DNA of 64,000 nucleotides from Octopus bimaculoides (Eukaryota): NCBI RefSeq assembly GCF_001194135.2, contig NC_068981.1, positions 158,468,007-158,532,006 of the forward strand, given 5' to 3'. The notes beneath the pieces are model-generated. The model made no database searches. It saw nothing but the letters and a program-made list of their open reading frames with translations, and had not been told where the DNA came from. Below, in pieces: positions 38,357 through 51,698 of this stretch (its first letter is position 1; each line of letters starts with the position of its first letter). The position numbers were made by a program, and so were the translations under genes.

Positions 38357-39347
38357 CTTCTGCTACCACAACTTGATGACCAGTGTTAGTTTGTTTAAGT
38401 AACTTGGTAGTGTGGCAAAAGTTACTTATCTAATGGCGACAATGGTATCCCTAATTTACCATCAAGAATATTTACCTTTCTTTAACATCCACCAATATTT
38501 CTTCATCATCATCATCGCTTTAATGTTCACTTTTCCATGTTTGGATGGGTCAAACAGAGTTTGCAGAGACAGATTTTCTATGGTCAGATGCTTTTCCTGT
38601 TGCCAACCTCCACTTATTTCCAAGCAAGGTGATATTTCCTTATGGCCAGACATGTTTTTACAGAATATTGGAAATAATTGACATTGCTTGTATGACAGTG
38701 ACACACATTTACAGTTATCACATGACATCAAGATAAGGAGACACAAATGTACACACACTGACTCTTACACACACACACATATACATACATATATACATAG
38801 AGAGAGATAGATGCACACACACACAAACACAGTGAATGTCTTTCAGTTTCCGTCGCACAAAGACATGACTACATCTATAAGACACACCTATGTCTATTGC
38901 CACGCCTGCACCTATACCCATGCCTGGTAATAAAGTCTTCCTGGAGATTTTCGATGGAATTCTTGACAGTTGGCCAAAGGGTCAACAGTTCAAATTTCGT
39001 CAATATTACCAAACTGTCTCAATAGACACTTACACACCAATTGTCTTTTGCACCTATTGACCTCTCTAAATATGCTTTATCTTTCTCAAAGCTCACTTTA
39101 CTGTCTCAAAAAGTAGAAGGCTATATAAAATAATATAGACTGGAAAAAAACTTAATGATAAGGGTAGAAAACCTTTGGTCATAGGTCTGCTCATTTAGAC
39201 TCAACCTGAGAATAAATAACTTTTATACTCTAAACCCATTTTATCATAATGTCTACAATTGTAGTACTTGTACCTTATTTACCACAAAAATGGTTATTGT
39301 CATTGTCAACTAACAAGGTTAAATTGTGTTATATACACACTATTATA

Positions 39348-39744
39348 GGCGCAGGAGTGGCTGTGCTTACCATCCACATGGTTCTGGGTTCAGTCCCACT
39401 GTGTGGCACCTTGTGCAAGTGTCTGCTATTATAGCCTCGGGCCGACCAAAGCCTTGTGAGTGGATTTGGTAGATGGAAACTGAAAGAAGACTGTCGTATA
39501 TATGTATATGTATATATATATGTATGTGTATGTATATGTTTGTGTGTCTGTGTTTGTCCCCCCCAACATTGCTTGACAACCGATGCTGGTGTGTTTACGT
39601 CCCCGTAACTTAGTGGTTCGGCAAAAGAGACCAATAGAATAAGTACTAGGCATCCAAAGAATAAGTCCTGGGGTCGATTTTCTCGACTAAAGGTAGTGCT
39701 CCAGCATGGCCACAGTCAAATGACTGAAACAAGTAAAAGAGTAA
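39348..39744 (+). mobile_element. SINE family B (tRNA-like head, internal TA/TG microsatellite)
   Basis: GGCGCAGGAGTGGCTGTG...GGGTTCAGTCCCACTG...GCCGACCAAAGCCTTGTGAGTGG...GAAACAAGTAAAAGA; related copies at 15179-15582, about 31720-31900 and about 38160-38420. Confidence 0.8.
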
Positions 39745-40340
39745 ATCACACCCTGCTATCTTAGAAAATAGAACAATTTGGATTGCAGTTCTGGACATGT
39801 AATCCTACAAATACTATAAATGCGATAAAGCAGGATGGTCATATTTGGTATACCTTTGATCTACTTGATCAACACTGACCTGAAACTATACAACAATAAC
39901 TTTCTACACTCATCTTGACCTTTACTAGTGTAACTTCAACTATGCCGCATCTACTAAGCTCAGTACAGAACATTATTTTATTGTTTTAATTATATTAACA
40001 CATTAACTGCCACATGTACTACTGGCAGTTCATCACAAACTTCCCAGCTGTTATATGCACCACCAGTGGTACATTTTTGCAATTTGAAAAAATAGTTTAT
40101 TCTGTATCTTTGATGTGGTTTCAAGGATACTTAATTGATATGAGTACTAAATGATAAAGTTTAATTACGAAATATTCTAAAAATGCAAAAAAAAAAAAAA
40201 ACATTTCCTTGTAATTATACAAAATGCAGTGTGACTGAAAATACGTGGCATCATCAGTAAGTTCCAGTAATAGACTGTGGCAGTTAACATGTTAACTAGA
40301 TTTAATTTTAAAACGTAAATTTCAAATATATCTCTTTCAG

Positions 40341-40529
40341 ATTCAGACATTATGGAGGATTGCTTACAAATTAACCCAAGTTTTTAATCACCCAGACAAG
40401 AAAGGACCATTTAAAGCTGCCAGGGCCATGAAAAACAGACTGGAGAAATTTAAAATAAATATACCACTCGTGAAAGCACTCTGTAACCCTGGTATAAAAA
40501 ATAGGCACTGGAAGATGATGAGTGAAAAG
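40341..40529 (+). CDS. DNAH3: Dynein heavy chain exon 16
   Basis: ctttcag|ATT...AAG|gtagct; LWRIAYKL...LCNPGIKNRHW. Confidence 0.95.
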
Positions 40530-42516
40530 GTAGCTCTTTATAAATATTATTCTGTCCCTTTAAGTTCTGAATTGAAATCTCTCTGTAGTCAATTTTGCCT
40601 TTTGGTCCTCAAGGTTGATAAAATAAAGTTCCCTTAAAGTAGTAAGGATGATTTAGTTTACTATACTCTTTCTCAAAAATGTGTAATCTTGCAACAACAT
40701 TAAAAACCATAATCATTCTTACAAGAACTAGTGTTGTAAGATGGCAGTAGCTTTAGAGTGCAGGGCAAAATGTCTAATGATAATTGTTCTGATTCTTCCC
40801 ACTCTGAGTTCAAAATCTACCAAGGTTAACTGCACCTCTAGCTCTTCAGTTATTGATAAAATAAAGAAACAGTCAAGTACTGTGGTCAATGTAAACACAT
40901 GTTACCCCTCCCTTCAATCTATTGGTTTAGTACCTGTGTTAGTAACAATAATTAGAATAGTTGATCAGCAGAATCCTTAAAGTATGGGACGAAATAACCT
41001 GCAACATTTACATTCTGAGTTCAAATTCCAGCTGAAGTCACCTTTTCCTTTCAGGTCTCCATTGTCTATAAAATAAAGTACCATTCAAGTACTGTAGCTG
41101 ATTTAATTATGTCTGTCCCTAATTTCAGTCCCTGTGTCTGTATTAGAAACTATTATTATTTAATGTGAAAACTGTTCTGATTTCCAATTGAAGTTAAACC
41201 ACTTCCCCTAACTTTTACTAATGAACAGCATACTTTGCCACACAGGCCTCATGGGAAACCAGGGTATTATATTATTTTTCAGTGAGTAACATGACTCTAC
41301 TCATGGTTAAGTAATATTGCTTTTGAGAGAAATACATATGTTTTTCACAACTCAAAAATAACATCTGCAAAAGAAATACAAATAGATTTCACTGTATTTG
41401 AGGAAATGGTATTGGAAGAATTGCTAAGATTGAGTGCTGGTTGGTGTAGAAAAGTAGAAGTGTTTAGAGAATACATTACTCAGATATCATCCACATAAAA
41501 AACTATAGTTATGTTAATGCTAACACATTTAATGGATGGAACATCAAAACAATAACTAGAAATAATCAAGCAATGAGAAAGAATCAATATTAATCAATGA
41601 ATGATATTATTTTAATTATTTTGGCATCTACAGGAAACAACTCTTGGCATATTTTGATCTTATGATGATCTCAACAATAAAACACATACTTCACCTTGTT
41701 GGTATAATTAAGATAAAATATTATTATTATTTTTTGACTAATATTTTTCCCTCAGCACATAATTTGTTTTTTTCTAGGGAACTTCTTAATGCTCCCTGCA
41801 TCAAATATGTTAGCTTTCACTTAACATGTTAATTAGGGAACTTTGTAATATCTGGTGATTGTTCTGTTGTCTACATTGATATCCTAATGTAATTATCCCT
41901 TTCTTATCAGTTGTTAATGAATTTTTTTATTATTTTTTTTTTTTTGTTGTTGAAATTTCATCTGTAGAATTTTGTTCATCCCCAGATCATCCTTGATTGA
42001 GCAGTTCTTTTATTAAATTTTTCCAGCCAGGAACTTCCAATATTCTTTTTTTAGACATTTTATCTAGGTCTACAGTATCTAATGTAATTTTTCATTTAAA
42101 AATGTCATAGTATACTTTGAAGATTTGATTGCAATTTTTAGCAAGTCAGTTAACCCAAAAGAATCTTCTTCATTGGCTTGTCGTGTTTTGTTGTTGCTGC
42201 TGTATTTTGATCCTCAGTATAGAACTTCAACTTGGAAGATTCTATATAACATTTCAAGCAACAATTGCCTGAACAAACGAATAAATTCAACAAGGAAACC
42301 TCTACAGAGTCACTGTAAAAGCTTGAAATAGCAGATGAATCTGCATTAAATCACACTCTATCTTTAGTTATACGAAAGAATTGTTGGATAATATATATTT
42401 CTAGTAAAAAAGATGGTGTGATTACGGGTAGAACACTCTGCGGTTGATTGGAACTAACCAGAGAAATAGACAACAAATACAACAAACAATGAATAATAAT
42501 TCATCTTTTTCTTTAG

Positions 42517-42645
42517 GTTGGCTTTGATATCACACCACAGGAAGATACACCTTTATCTGAGATCTTGAAACTGGACCTTGAAAGGTACTTAGATGAACTG
42601 TCAGCCATAAGCTCTCAAGCTAATAAAGAATTTGCTTTAGAAAAG
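42517..42645 (+). CDS. DNAH3: Dynein heavy chain exon 17
   Basis: ctttag|GTT...AAG|gtgagt; VGFDITP...SQANKEFALEK. Confidence 0.95.
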
Positions 42646-43399
42646 GTGAGTTCAGGGTTTAGTTTCAGATAATCATGTAATAAATAGTATTAATTGACAT
42701 GCTTGAATTTGTAGTGTTTTAGTGGTAGTCTGAATTTGTGTATAATAATTTCAAGAAGATGGTTAATTAAAAAGAAACATTGCATTTGCCAATAGCTAAT
42801 AGAAAGGTTCCTGTGCTTGTCTCATTTTGTTTATGAAGTTTATTCAACCAGTTTTATGTTAAAATTGGCCAGATCTGTCTCCTCACACCTATCCTACAAT
42901 GTCATTCTAAAAATAAGCAATCACACCATGAAAATCTCTTAGCTACAAGATAATGCATGATTGATACAAAATAATGTTAATAAATAAGCATCACATTTGA
43001 GAGAGTAATCTGAATGCTACAAGATTAAAACAAAACAAAGAAATTGAAGCCTCTATGCTCCTTTGGAGCTGACCCTTTTAGTACCAGAGCTAATATGCAA
43101 GTGTGAAAGAACCTATGGAGATCTATATGGGCTGAGAAAAATAATGAATACTTAATTTTACAAAATTCATATGTATACAAATTACTTTTAATTATCATTT
43201 TTATTGTTGGAATTTTACTTTTTTCATGAGTTTTTAAAATTTTCTGCAGTAGACTATTTCTTTTGGAATGTGGCAGCTGGTATCCCACACCTATTCTATA
43301 TAGATGTTCAACCTGCTTAAAACATTAGTCAAATTGCTTTCAAATTACATTCTACTGTCTTAAAAGGCCTAGACAACTCAGGACTATGGGAGAAGATAC

Positions 43400-43900
43400 T
43401 TGCTAAGGTACAACTCAGCCATACCTGTACCCATATGTTAGTTCTACCCTCATATGATATGGCTACAGCCATACTGCTATACTGCTCAGTCTTATATCCA
43501 AGAATTGTTAAATCTGAGAGCAATGGAATGTTATTTGACCATGTACTCATTAGCAGAGATGTTTTACTGAGCTACAAAGATCTCTGGGCTAAAGCAAAAC
43601 AGGTACCCATTTGCCAACAAACAGCAAAATGTGAGTGAGTATGAATAGAAAATATAAGGACATTTGGGAGACTAGAGGGATGTTTGGCAAGGAAGCCTTG
43701 GATTGGATTCCAGGGGAGAAATGGAAGACAGGATGCCAGAGGATTATGTGGCAGATATCAGCAGAAAAGGATGACAGGTATAACAGAGAATCAAATATAA
43801 AGAAAAGCATGAGGCAAAATATATCAGAAGAATCTATGGTGAGTCTATGTTCTGCAAGGAACACAAAGAGGCCCTGATGAAGACATGTTTTTATGTAATA
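43400..43900 (+). mobile_element. Decayed RTE-clade LINE 3' fragment
   Basis: KEALDWIPGEKWKTG resembles the RTE ALDW.P.GKR.RGRP motif; heavily mutated. Confidence 0.5.
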
Positions 43901-44045
43901 GATAAGTTGTTTCTCGAAATTCTGTTTTTGCTAATCCATAATGTAGTCATCATATGTCCACTAATTCTGATGATATCTTCAGTAAGTGTACCAATGATTA
44001 AATTATCTTAACACTCTTAAAAAAGTTCCTGTATGTGATTTTCAG

Positions 44046-44246
44046 GCATTATCTAAAATGAAGGATGACTGGGAAAACATGGCATTCAACTTCACACCTT
44101 ACAAGGACACAGAACTATTTATACTGTCAGCTTTTGATGACATCCAGGCCCTTCTTGATGATCATATTGTTAAAACTACAACAATGAAAGGTTCAGCATT
44201 TGTTGGACCTTTTGAAAAGGAGATTAAGGAATGGGGCTATAGTCTT
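44046..44246 (+). CDS. DNAH3: Dynein heavy chain exon 18
   Basis: tttcag|GCA...CTT|gtgagt; DDIQALLDDHIVKT.TMKGS.F. Confidence 0.95.
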
Positions 44247-44918
44247 GTGAGTATCTCACCATCTCTTTATCTTACTTTCATCAATGTTTCTTTTCTTTTT
44301 GTATACCTCTGTTCTTTATATTATTTCCTTCTTATTTGTGTTTCTCTTTTTCATACCATTCCACTTCTACAGTCTATGGGTCAGGACATTATTTCTGTTT
44401 TCAGGGGATATCATCAAGGAAACTGATGATAAAATTGTTATGCAAGCAATAAAACGTATTAAAGATACACTGGAAAGAGTTAAGCATGCTTATTTCATTA
44501 GAGTTTGAGAAAAAATCATGACTAAATGTGTTTAAGGAAAGCTGTTGGATAGAAGATGAAACAGTATCAATCTATAATAGCCTTCTACAAATGAGACAGT
44601 AAGAGGAATATGAATAAGTTGGTGCAGGTGATATTCAAGATTTATTGCATGCTGATAAGACCTTCATCTACAATGACCTTAAGGGGTTAACAGAACTGCA
44701 AATGTCTCCTTCAGATAACAAGAAGATGCTCCTTTATATTAGTTTTAATAGCAGAGTTCTTAAAGCCTTGGTTTAAAAGCCTTTTGGTTAGACTACTATG
44801 TTTTTAAGGAAGGCATGATCATCATACATTCTCTCTCCATGACTACACCTGGGTAAAAAATTAACATATTTCTACAATTCAAAATGTATAAAATCTAAAA
44901 CATCTTGATTTGTTTCAG

Positions 44919-45058
44919 AATCGTATGAAAGGTATCCTGGAATCTTGGCTGAAGGTTCAATCTGCCTGGTTGTACTTGGAACCAATATTTGGATCGGCAG
45001 ATATCAGAGAGCAAATTCCTGTACAGGGTAAAATGTTTGAAGAAGTTGACCAAAACTG
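44919..45058 (+). CDS. DNAH3: Dynein heavy chain exon 19
   Basis: tttcag|AAT...AACTG|gtaaat; WLKVQSAWLYLEPIF; phase 0 to 2. Confidence 0.95.
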
Positions 45059-46505
45059 GTAAATTATTTAGATATGTCTACTTCAAATTATGTTTCTTTT
45101 TTTTATTTTGTTACATTTTTATTATTTGAACATTTATAAAAGAAGTAACAAAGATAATTGGAGACCCCTTAGCATTTATAAACAAGCAGTTCATGAAATA
45201 AAGATAGATTTAAAGATTTCAATAAGCCTCATGTATATAGAAGGATATATGCATATATATTCTTATTTAATTGAGGTCTGAGGATTGAGATGATATTAAT
45301 AACTTGATTTTGCATGAGCAGAGGGGAAAACTCCTCTCTTTTATTCCTTTATTATGCTGCTATGTTCTTGAGAAAGGCATGAATATCTTATTCTGTTAAG
45401 TTATATATGCATGTAGCTTTATGCTTGTGCTAAGAGATTGACAACTTGTATCCTGTCTATGACACTATGTCGTCCATAAGACATAACTCTTAAAATGGCC
45501 AAGTATACCAAGCTATAAACAAGTACTACATTGAAAGAAAAGCTTCCTTCCTTAAGCAGCAGCAGCAGCAGAAATATTGTTGATTTGGAAGACCTAAGTT
45601 CAATTCTATGTTGGTATCCCATCCAGCAGAGAAATCATTGTAGAATAGAATGGAACACAGAAAAACTTATTTCTTTAAAGATAGAATAGAAGCAGGAGAA
45701 TTAATTGCTACTGAATGTAAAGTTAAACACCCTGCTTCATGGATTGTTTAGGCTTTAATCTTAAATCAGATTAGTCTAATTTGTAGATTTGACATAACCA
45801 TTAAGAAAGATTTTTGATTTGTTTTCTTTTTATTTTTACATTGTCTTCTTTTGTTGATCATTTTAATGGTGATATTGTATTTTTGCTTATGCCTGATCAT
45901 CTAAAATAACAATATTTTTGCTGTAGCCATATTACATAAAGAATATTCAAGGAAGTTATCAATATATAGTATCTGATCTATCCACAACTACCAACACAGT
46001 ATTCTGATTTTTCATTTATCTATACTTTGACACATGTCAATTAAAGGTAAATAACAAGTCATCTGAGATAGTAACCTTGATTTGAATGCTACCTGAAACT
46101 GTTTCAGTTCACAAGGTTTATTGGTCTTGGAAAATTCATTAAAACTGCAACTCTTATTTCTTATCTCACATGAAAATATGAAGCCTTAAGAGCCAATGAG
46201 TGAGCCTTTACAAAGTCACCGGATCTGCTACAAATACTGCCAAATCCCCTTCAAATAACCCCTACCATCTTTTAAAAAGAAGTGACACATTGAACAATGT
46301 AGTCCTACATACACCATGTATGAAATAAAAGAAACAGTCACACCATTCTGCATGAGTTTAGTTGCTCAAGACTGACATGAGTTAAGCAATGATACTTTCA
46401 TCCACCGCTTTATACTTATAAATAACAATAATGAGCTTATAATAATAATAACGATGAAATTCTAGAGAAGGTAATGAGGAAACATTTCCAGCCAATTCCT
46501 TTTAA

Positions 46506-46947
46506 CCCTTTCATTACCATATTTCTGTTGAAATGCACTACCTTTGCCTCGATTAATTTTGAAAATAACAAAGAATTTAATAAAATCATTTTGCCAATAT
46601 TAAGCTGGTAGGTAGAACATACATTAACCCTTTCGTTACTGTATTTATTTTAAGATGCTCTGTGTTTCTTTCAATTACTTTGAATATAACAAAGAATTTA
46701 GTAAAATAACTTAGTTATCATGATGCTAGTCTTAGGAACATAAATTGTGACTAAGGTTTGGGGGAAGATTTTAATTCTGAACATTTGAAAACAAGACATT
46801 TGTACTCAGAGCCAGAGGCGGTTTCAGCCGGGTTGGTAACGAAAGGGTTAACATAAAATTTTGATGGAATGTTTTAATTTAAATCACTTCAAAACAAGAA
46901 GTTTGTATCAGAGCTACAGGCAGTCTCAGGCAGGTAGGTATCAAGAG
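46506..46947. mobile_element. piggyBac-type MITE (outer, older copy of the same family)
   Basis: TTAA|CCCTTTCATTACC ... GGTATCAAGAG|TTAA; about 218 bp once the inner copy is removed; shares internal blocks with it. Confidence 0.75.
46628..46847. mobile_element. piggyBac-type MITE (inner, younger copy)
   Basis: TTAA TSDs at 46624-46627 and 46848-46851; perfect TIR CCCTTTCGTTAC / GTAACGAAAGGG. Confidence 0.9.
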
Positions 46948-47109
46948 TTAATACACTGTGACAAAATCATAGAAAACTAGTTTTGAAAATAAGTCCTTTT
47001 AAATGTCTTATTTATTCATTGAATATTATTCTTATTAAAACTCAATTTTTGTTTTAAATAATTGAGTGTCTGTGTTCCATCTAAACGTAATTAACATTTT
47101 TTTCTTTAG

Positions 47110-47200
47110 GAAACAGATCATGTCAACTGCTAAGCAGAGTCACAAGGCCCTAACTGTTGCTTCCCAGGACCAGATGCTTGAAAAACTACAATATTCAGTG
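47110..47200 (+). CDS. DNAH3: Dynein heavy chain exon 20
   Basis: ctttag|G...GTG|gtaaat; (W)KQIMSTAK...QMLEKLQ; phase 2 to 0. Confidence 0.92.
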
Positions 47201-48388
47201 GTAAATACACTCTACAACATTACTATAGCGGCTGTTGTTGGCTGTTCAAGTGCTTGTTATTAACTGGAATAACAGCTAGTATGAATTGCTATAAGACATT
47301 TTTGTGTATAAATATAGTGTTTATTCTGTGTTCACCTTTTGTAGTGGAAGCATGTAGTATGATACAAAAACATGTGTGTTTACGTACAAAGGAAGTTTTG
47401 GTTTTTGCTTTTGCACTGAAAGAAATAACATATAATATTTGTATTACAGCATGTATTCAAGTGTGTAATGAGAACAGTCATTTTGAGAATGTGTGTGTGA
47501 TAAAATATCTTCGCTTATGAACCATATATCTTGTGTCGAGGTGAATAGACATGTGAGTCACACATGGGAGACTTGCGCATGGAGCTACAGAGAAGACATA
47601 TGTCTTTGACTGAAAGCTGGCATGAACTGGAGAGCTTCTACTGTGTAGCTTGGAATGAGGCTTGTGTCTCAGAACGAGGCTACCGTATCAAAGCAAGACT
47701 AGATGCCTCATCGATATATTCATCTGCTGTGCAGGTCGAATCACATATTACTATGTAATATGTAGCTCTGCTACACTACAATTCATTTAGGGAAATTTAT
47801 AATTTAGATAAGTCTGAACCTATCTAAAATTTATAAACTTCACTAATTGTTTTTATTTTAGCATATCAGTCAAAATAGCAACATTTCTTCTGGCTCTTTA
47901 CATTCAGAGATCAAATCTCACCAACTTTGCTTGTCATCCTTTCAGGATTAATAAAATACAGTATCAGTCAAGTACTAGGGTTTATGTAATCAACTTGCCT
48001 CCTCCCCTCATTATTACTAGCCTTGTCCCAAAATTAGAAAGAATTATTATTATTTTTGCTTGCAACAGACATAATCAATTTTTTTGAATTTATAATTGAT
48101 TTGTTTTGATTCTCAAAAACATTCCATAAAAATCATTTCAAAATTTTGTTTCTTTTCAAATTTAAGAGTCTGGAATTTTTGGAAATAGTTACCTTCAATA
48201 TAGTTTTTGTGTCATATATTTTGACTTTTTCTTTTTTTCTGCTGGTATAGTCTGATTGTTAATTCAGACAGCTTGTTGTTGGTGGTGATGGTGATGTTAG
48301 TGATGATGATAATGATGACAATGACAATAAAAATGAGATGGAGGATAACAGTGATAATGAGGATGATGAAACAAGAAAAGGGATTATA

Positions 48389-48770
48389 CAGGGTGTCCAC
48401 AAAGTCTGGGTACATGGGGATTAACACATACTTTAAGAAATTATTATTTCTTATACTTAATTGTTTATGTTATGATTTTATTTACTCCATGTACCCATAT
48501 GGGGATTAACACATACTTTAAGAAATTATTATCTCTTATATTTAATTGTTTATGTTATGATTTTATTTACTCCATGTACCCATATGGGGATTAACACATA
48601 CTTTAAGAAATTATTATCTCTTATATTTAATTGTTTATGTTATGATTTTATTTACTCCATGTACCCATATGGGGATTAACACATACTTTAAGAAATTATT
48701 ATCTCTTATATTTAATTGTTTATGTTATGATTTTATTTACTCCATGTACCCAGACCTTGTGGACACCCTG
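48389..48770. mobile_element. Tc1/mariner-type MITE with four 85-bp internal tandem units
   Basis: TA TSDs; TIR CAGGGTGTCCACAAAGTCTGGGTACATGG / CCATGTACCCAGACCTTGTGGACACCCTG; units start at 48414, 48499, 48584 and 48669. Confidence 0.92.
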
Positions 48771-49274
48771 TAGTTATAAAAACAAGATGACAGTAATGAG
48801 GAGAAAATAGGGAGAGATGAGGCAACTGAAATGGAAGAGACAATAATAGAAATAGAGATGATAATAGTTTTCGTAATATTGGTGATGATTGCAATCATGA
48901 CACATGATATAAAACTAGTGACTTGTTCACCATTTACAAAATGTTTCACTGGGACACATTTTCTCAAAAACCTTATGCCATGTCACTGTATATGTTCACA
49001 TCAAAATCAAAACAGTTTCTTTTGGTGCACAAAAAAGTACTACCATTAAGTATGGCACATCAACTGATCGTGCCTCTAAAAAGAGCCTTCACAAAATTTT
49101 CTGAGCTGCTGAAAATATTAGCTTAATCTCCCTCAAATCCCATTTTAATGTCTTTAAAAAATGCATTGGATAATGTTGTCCTATTTACACAGGCACATGG
49201 CTTAGTGGTTAGAGTATTCAGCTCATGATAGTAAAGTTGTGAGTTCAATTCCCAGTGACATGTTGTGTCCTTAA

Positions 49275-49563
49275 CCCATTACCTACCAGTGATCTCATAT
49301 GAGATCACTTAAAAATTACAAATTTCGTAATTATCTGTCAATATTTACACATATCTAACCTTTTTGCTATATCTACTAGGTATATTTCTCTGATATTCAA
49401 ATGAGGTTTGCTAATTTCTCACCCAATATCTCACTTATTTCTATTTAAAATGTTATTTTGAAATGTTATTTTGATCATTCCAGCATGTTTCTAAGGCTGT
49501 TTTATGCTAGAAATCAAAGTTTAAAAAAAAATTCCAGTTAATAAAATTATGGGAGGTAATGGG
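49275..49563. mobile_element. Second piggyBac-type MITE family, inserted in a tRNA-type SINE
   Basis: TTAA|CCCATTACCT ... AGGTAATGGG|TTAA; SINE head (GGCTTAGTGGTTAGAG...GAGTTCAATTCCC) to the left, SINE-like body continuing to the right. Confidence 0.85.
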
Positions 49564-49954
49564 TTAAGCATGTTGTATCCTTTATTTCATACTGCTCTAG
49601 TTCACTCAGCTGGCAAAAGAATATGGTACCTGTATTTCAAAGGGGCCAACCTTATCACAGTTTGTTTCATGCCAAATCTCCCTGAGAACCACATTAAGGG
49701 TATATGTGTTTGTGTGCTCAACCTCTTGCACATTATTTTCGGGAATAGTGTATTACGGTGACCAGATCAACTGGAGCCCTTATCATCATAACTGACTGAT
49801 TGCCAGTATTTATACAATATTTGAAACAAAACAAAAAAAGACAAATAGGTTGTTCATAGTTGAAATATTTTTTGACATAGGACTGTTTGATCAGAGTTAG
49901 CCAACACCTAATCAGCAACAACATCAACAACACTTTCTTTATTTTTTCCCCCAG

Positions 49955-50022
49955 ACTTTACTAGAAGACATACAGTGTGGACTAAATGATTACCTGGAGA
50001 AAAAGAGACTATTTTTCCCAAG
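49955..50022 (+). CDS. DNAH3: Dynein heavy chain exon 21
   Basis: ccccag|ACT...CCAAG|gtaaga; LLEDIQCGLNDYLEKKRLFFPR. Confidence 0.96.
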
Positions 50023-50361
50023 GTAAGAAATAATGCTTTATTCACCCTCTCAGAATGGGGTAAATATTATAACAAAAAATAATTTACAATGTCTAACTAA
50101 GGTTAATTAGAGTGTGAGACAAGGGAAAACAGTATCTTGGATGAGATATGCAGAGTAAAAAACAAAATGTTTACAAAAATTCTGTTGAAGTTGAATTAAA
50201 TATAGACCACATCTTAAAATAAAGCCATTTGATTGACAGGTTAGTGAAGTGAATAAGTTAGCAGTTTGTTCTCTCTAACTATGTCTGGTCAGAACCTTTC
50301 TACTGCAGTCACCATCGAAGCCCACAAAAATAAGAGAATCACTGATGTTTTACTATCATCA

Positions 50362-50580
50362 TCATCATATGTCCATTTTCCATGCTGACATGGGTTGGAT
50401 AGTTCAACAGGAATTGGTAAACTAGAGGTCTGTATCAAGCTCCAATGTCTGCTTAAGCATGGTTTCTGCAGCTGGATGCCCTTCCTAATGCCAACCACTT
50501 TACAAAGTGTACTTGGTGTTTCTTATGTAGTACTGGCACAAGTGAGGTTACCATGTAGGTAGCAAGACAAGACCCTTCGA
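50362..50580 (+). repeat. Interspersed repeat family D (SINE-like or LINE-tail-like)
   Basis: (CAT)n then TTTTCCATGCTG.CATGGGTTGGA...GGCTGGATGCCCTT(C)CTAA.GCCAACCAC; also at about 52040-52260, 36066-36335 and a variant at about 38525-38700. Confidence 0.7.
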
Positions 50581-51698
50581 CTGATGTGATTATGTTATAA
50601 TAAATGATTCTCACTGCAACCAACACAATAGCCAACAAATATGTCACCGTGTGGTTGTTTGATATGCTAAAAATAACAACCAAATCTCTCTTTAAACTAC
50701 ATCCTACCACCTTAGATAAAGAAAGGAAATATTATATATAAAGAGCATTACTACAGAATAATGCTACAGAATACATTTCATTCTGGTAATCGTGAAATCG
50801 GTCGATACATAGTTGAGTTTTTTTTTTTTTAATGTTGGTTTCGTTTGAGGGTTGCTTTTCCTCGCATTCGGTACTAAAATGTGTTTATTTGGGAAGTCTG
50901 GTGTGTGGCATTATTCTGTAGTAATACCCTTTATATATATATAAACGAATAAGTATATTCTTGGGAATAGAAATTTCCCTTAGGAATTTTTTTACACACT
51001 AGCTTCCTGATAAAATTCTTGTAAAAGATTTTTATCCTATTTTGATTTTATCAACGAAAGGAAATATTAGATAGCTTAACAACATATAGTCTACTTGTTT
51101 TTTTGCTCCTCATGTGTTAGACTTCATATAAATTTTCAGTGGTGCCAGAGTTCCCTGATCTAATAATATGTTAGAGAACACATTACACCTACAAAGTTAT
51201 GTTTTTTATCTTGTAATCAAGGAGTAAGGCAGTGCTCACTACCCATTACAGAAACTTTGAAACTAGTGGGAAGAAAGTATCCTCAAACCAAAGATTTGAC
51301 CTGGATGCTTGCAACAGAGTGGACTCTGCTAAAAGTACCCAAAGACTAGGTGGTCACATTTAACCAGGTGATAGATTAAGTCCACCAATCAAGAGACATC
51401 TTTTATTCAAATAGTGTTTCTTATATTTTGATATTTTTTAATAAATTTAAAGGCAGTGAAATGGCAGAATTGTTAGCATGCAGGGCAAAATTCTTAGTGG
51501 CATTTCGTCCATCCTTACATTCTGAGTTCAGATGCTGCTGTGGTCAACTTTGCCTTTCATCCTTTTGGGGTTAATAGGATAAGCACCTGCTGAACACTGG
51601 GGTTAACGTAATGGAATTACACCTTCTCCCAAGATTGCTGGCCTTGTGCCAAAATTTGAAACAAATATTTTTTAATGAATTTCATGATTTGGTTTCAG

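Noticed and set aside
39348-39410. tRNA genes
   Set aside because: A/B-box-like heads belong to multi-copy SINEs; no complete cloverleaf was seen.
43874-43920. CTGATGAAGAC...CTCGAAAT hammerhead-like motif
   Set aside because: Helix II has only 2 bp and there is no helix III; too degenerate to call.
48414-48753. CRISPR-like regular repeats
   Set aside because: Contiguous tandem units with no unique spacers, inside a MITE, in a eukaryotic intron.
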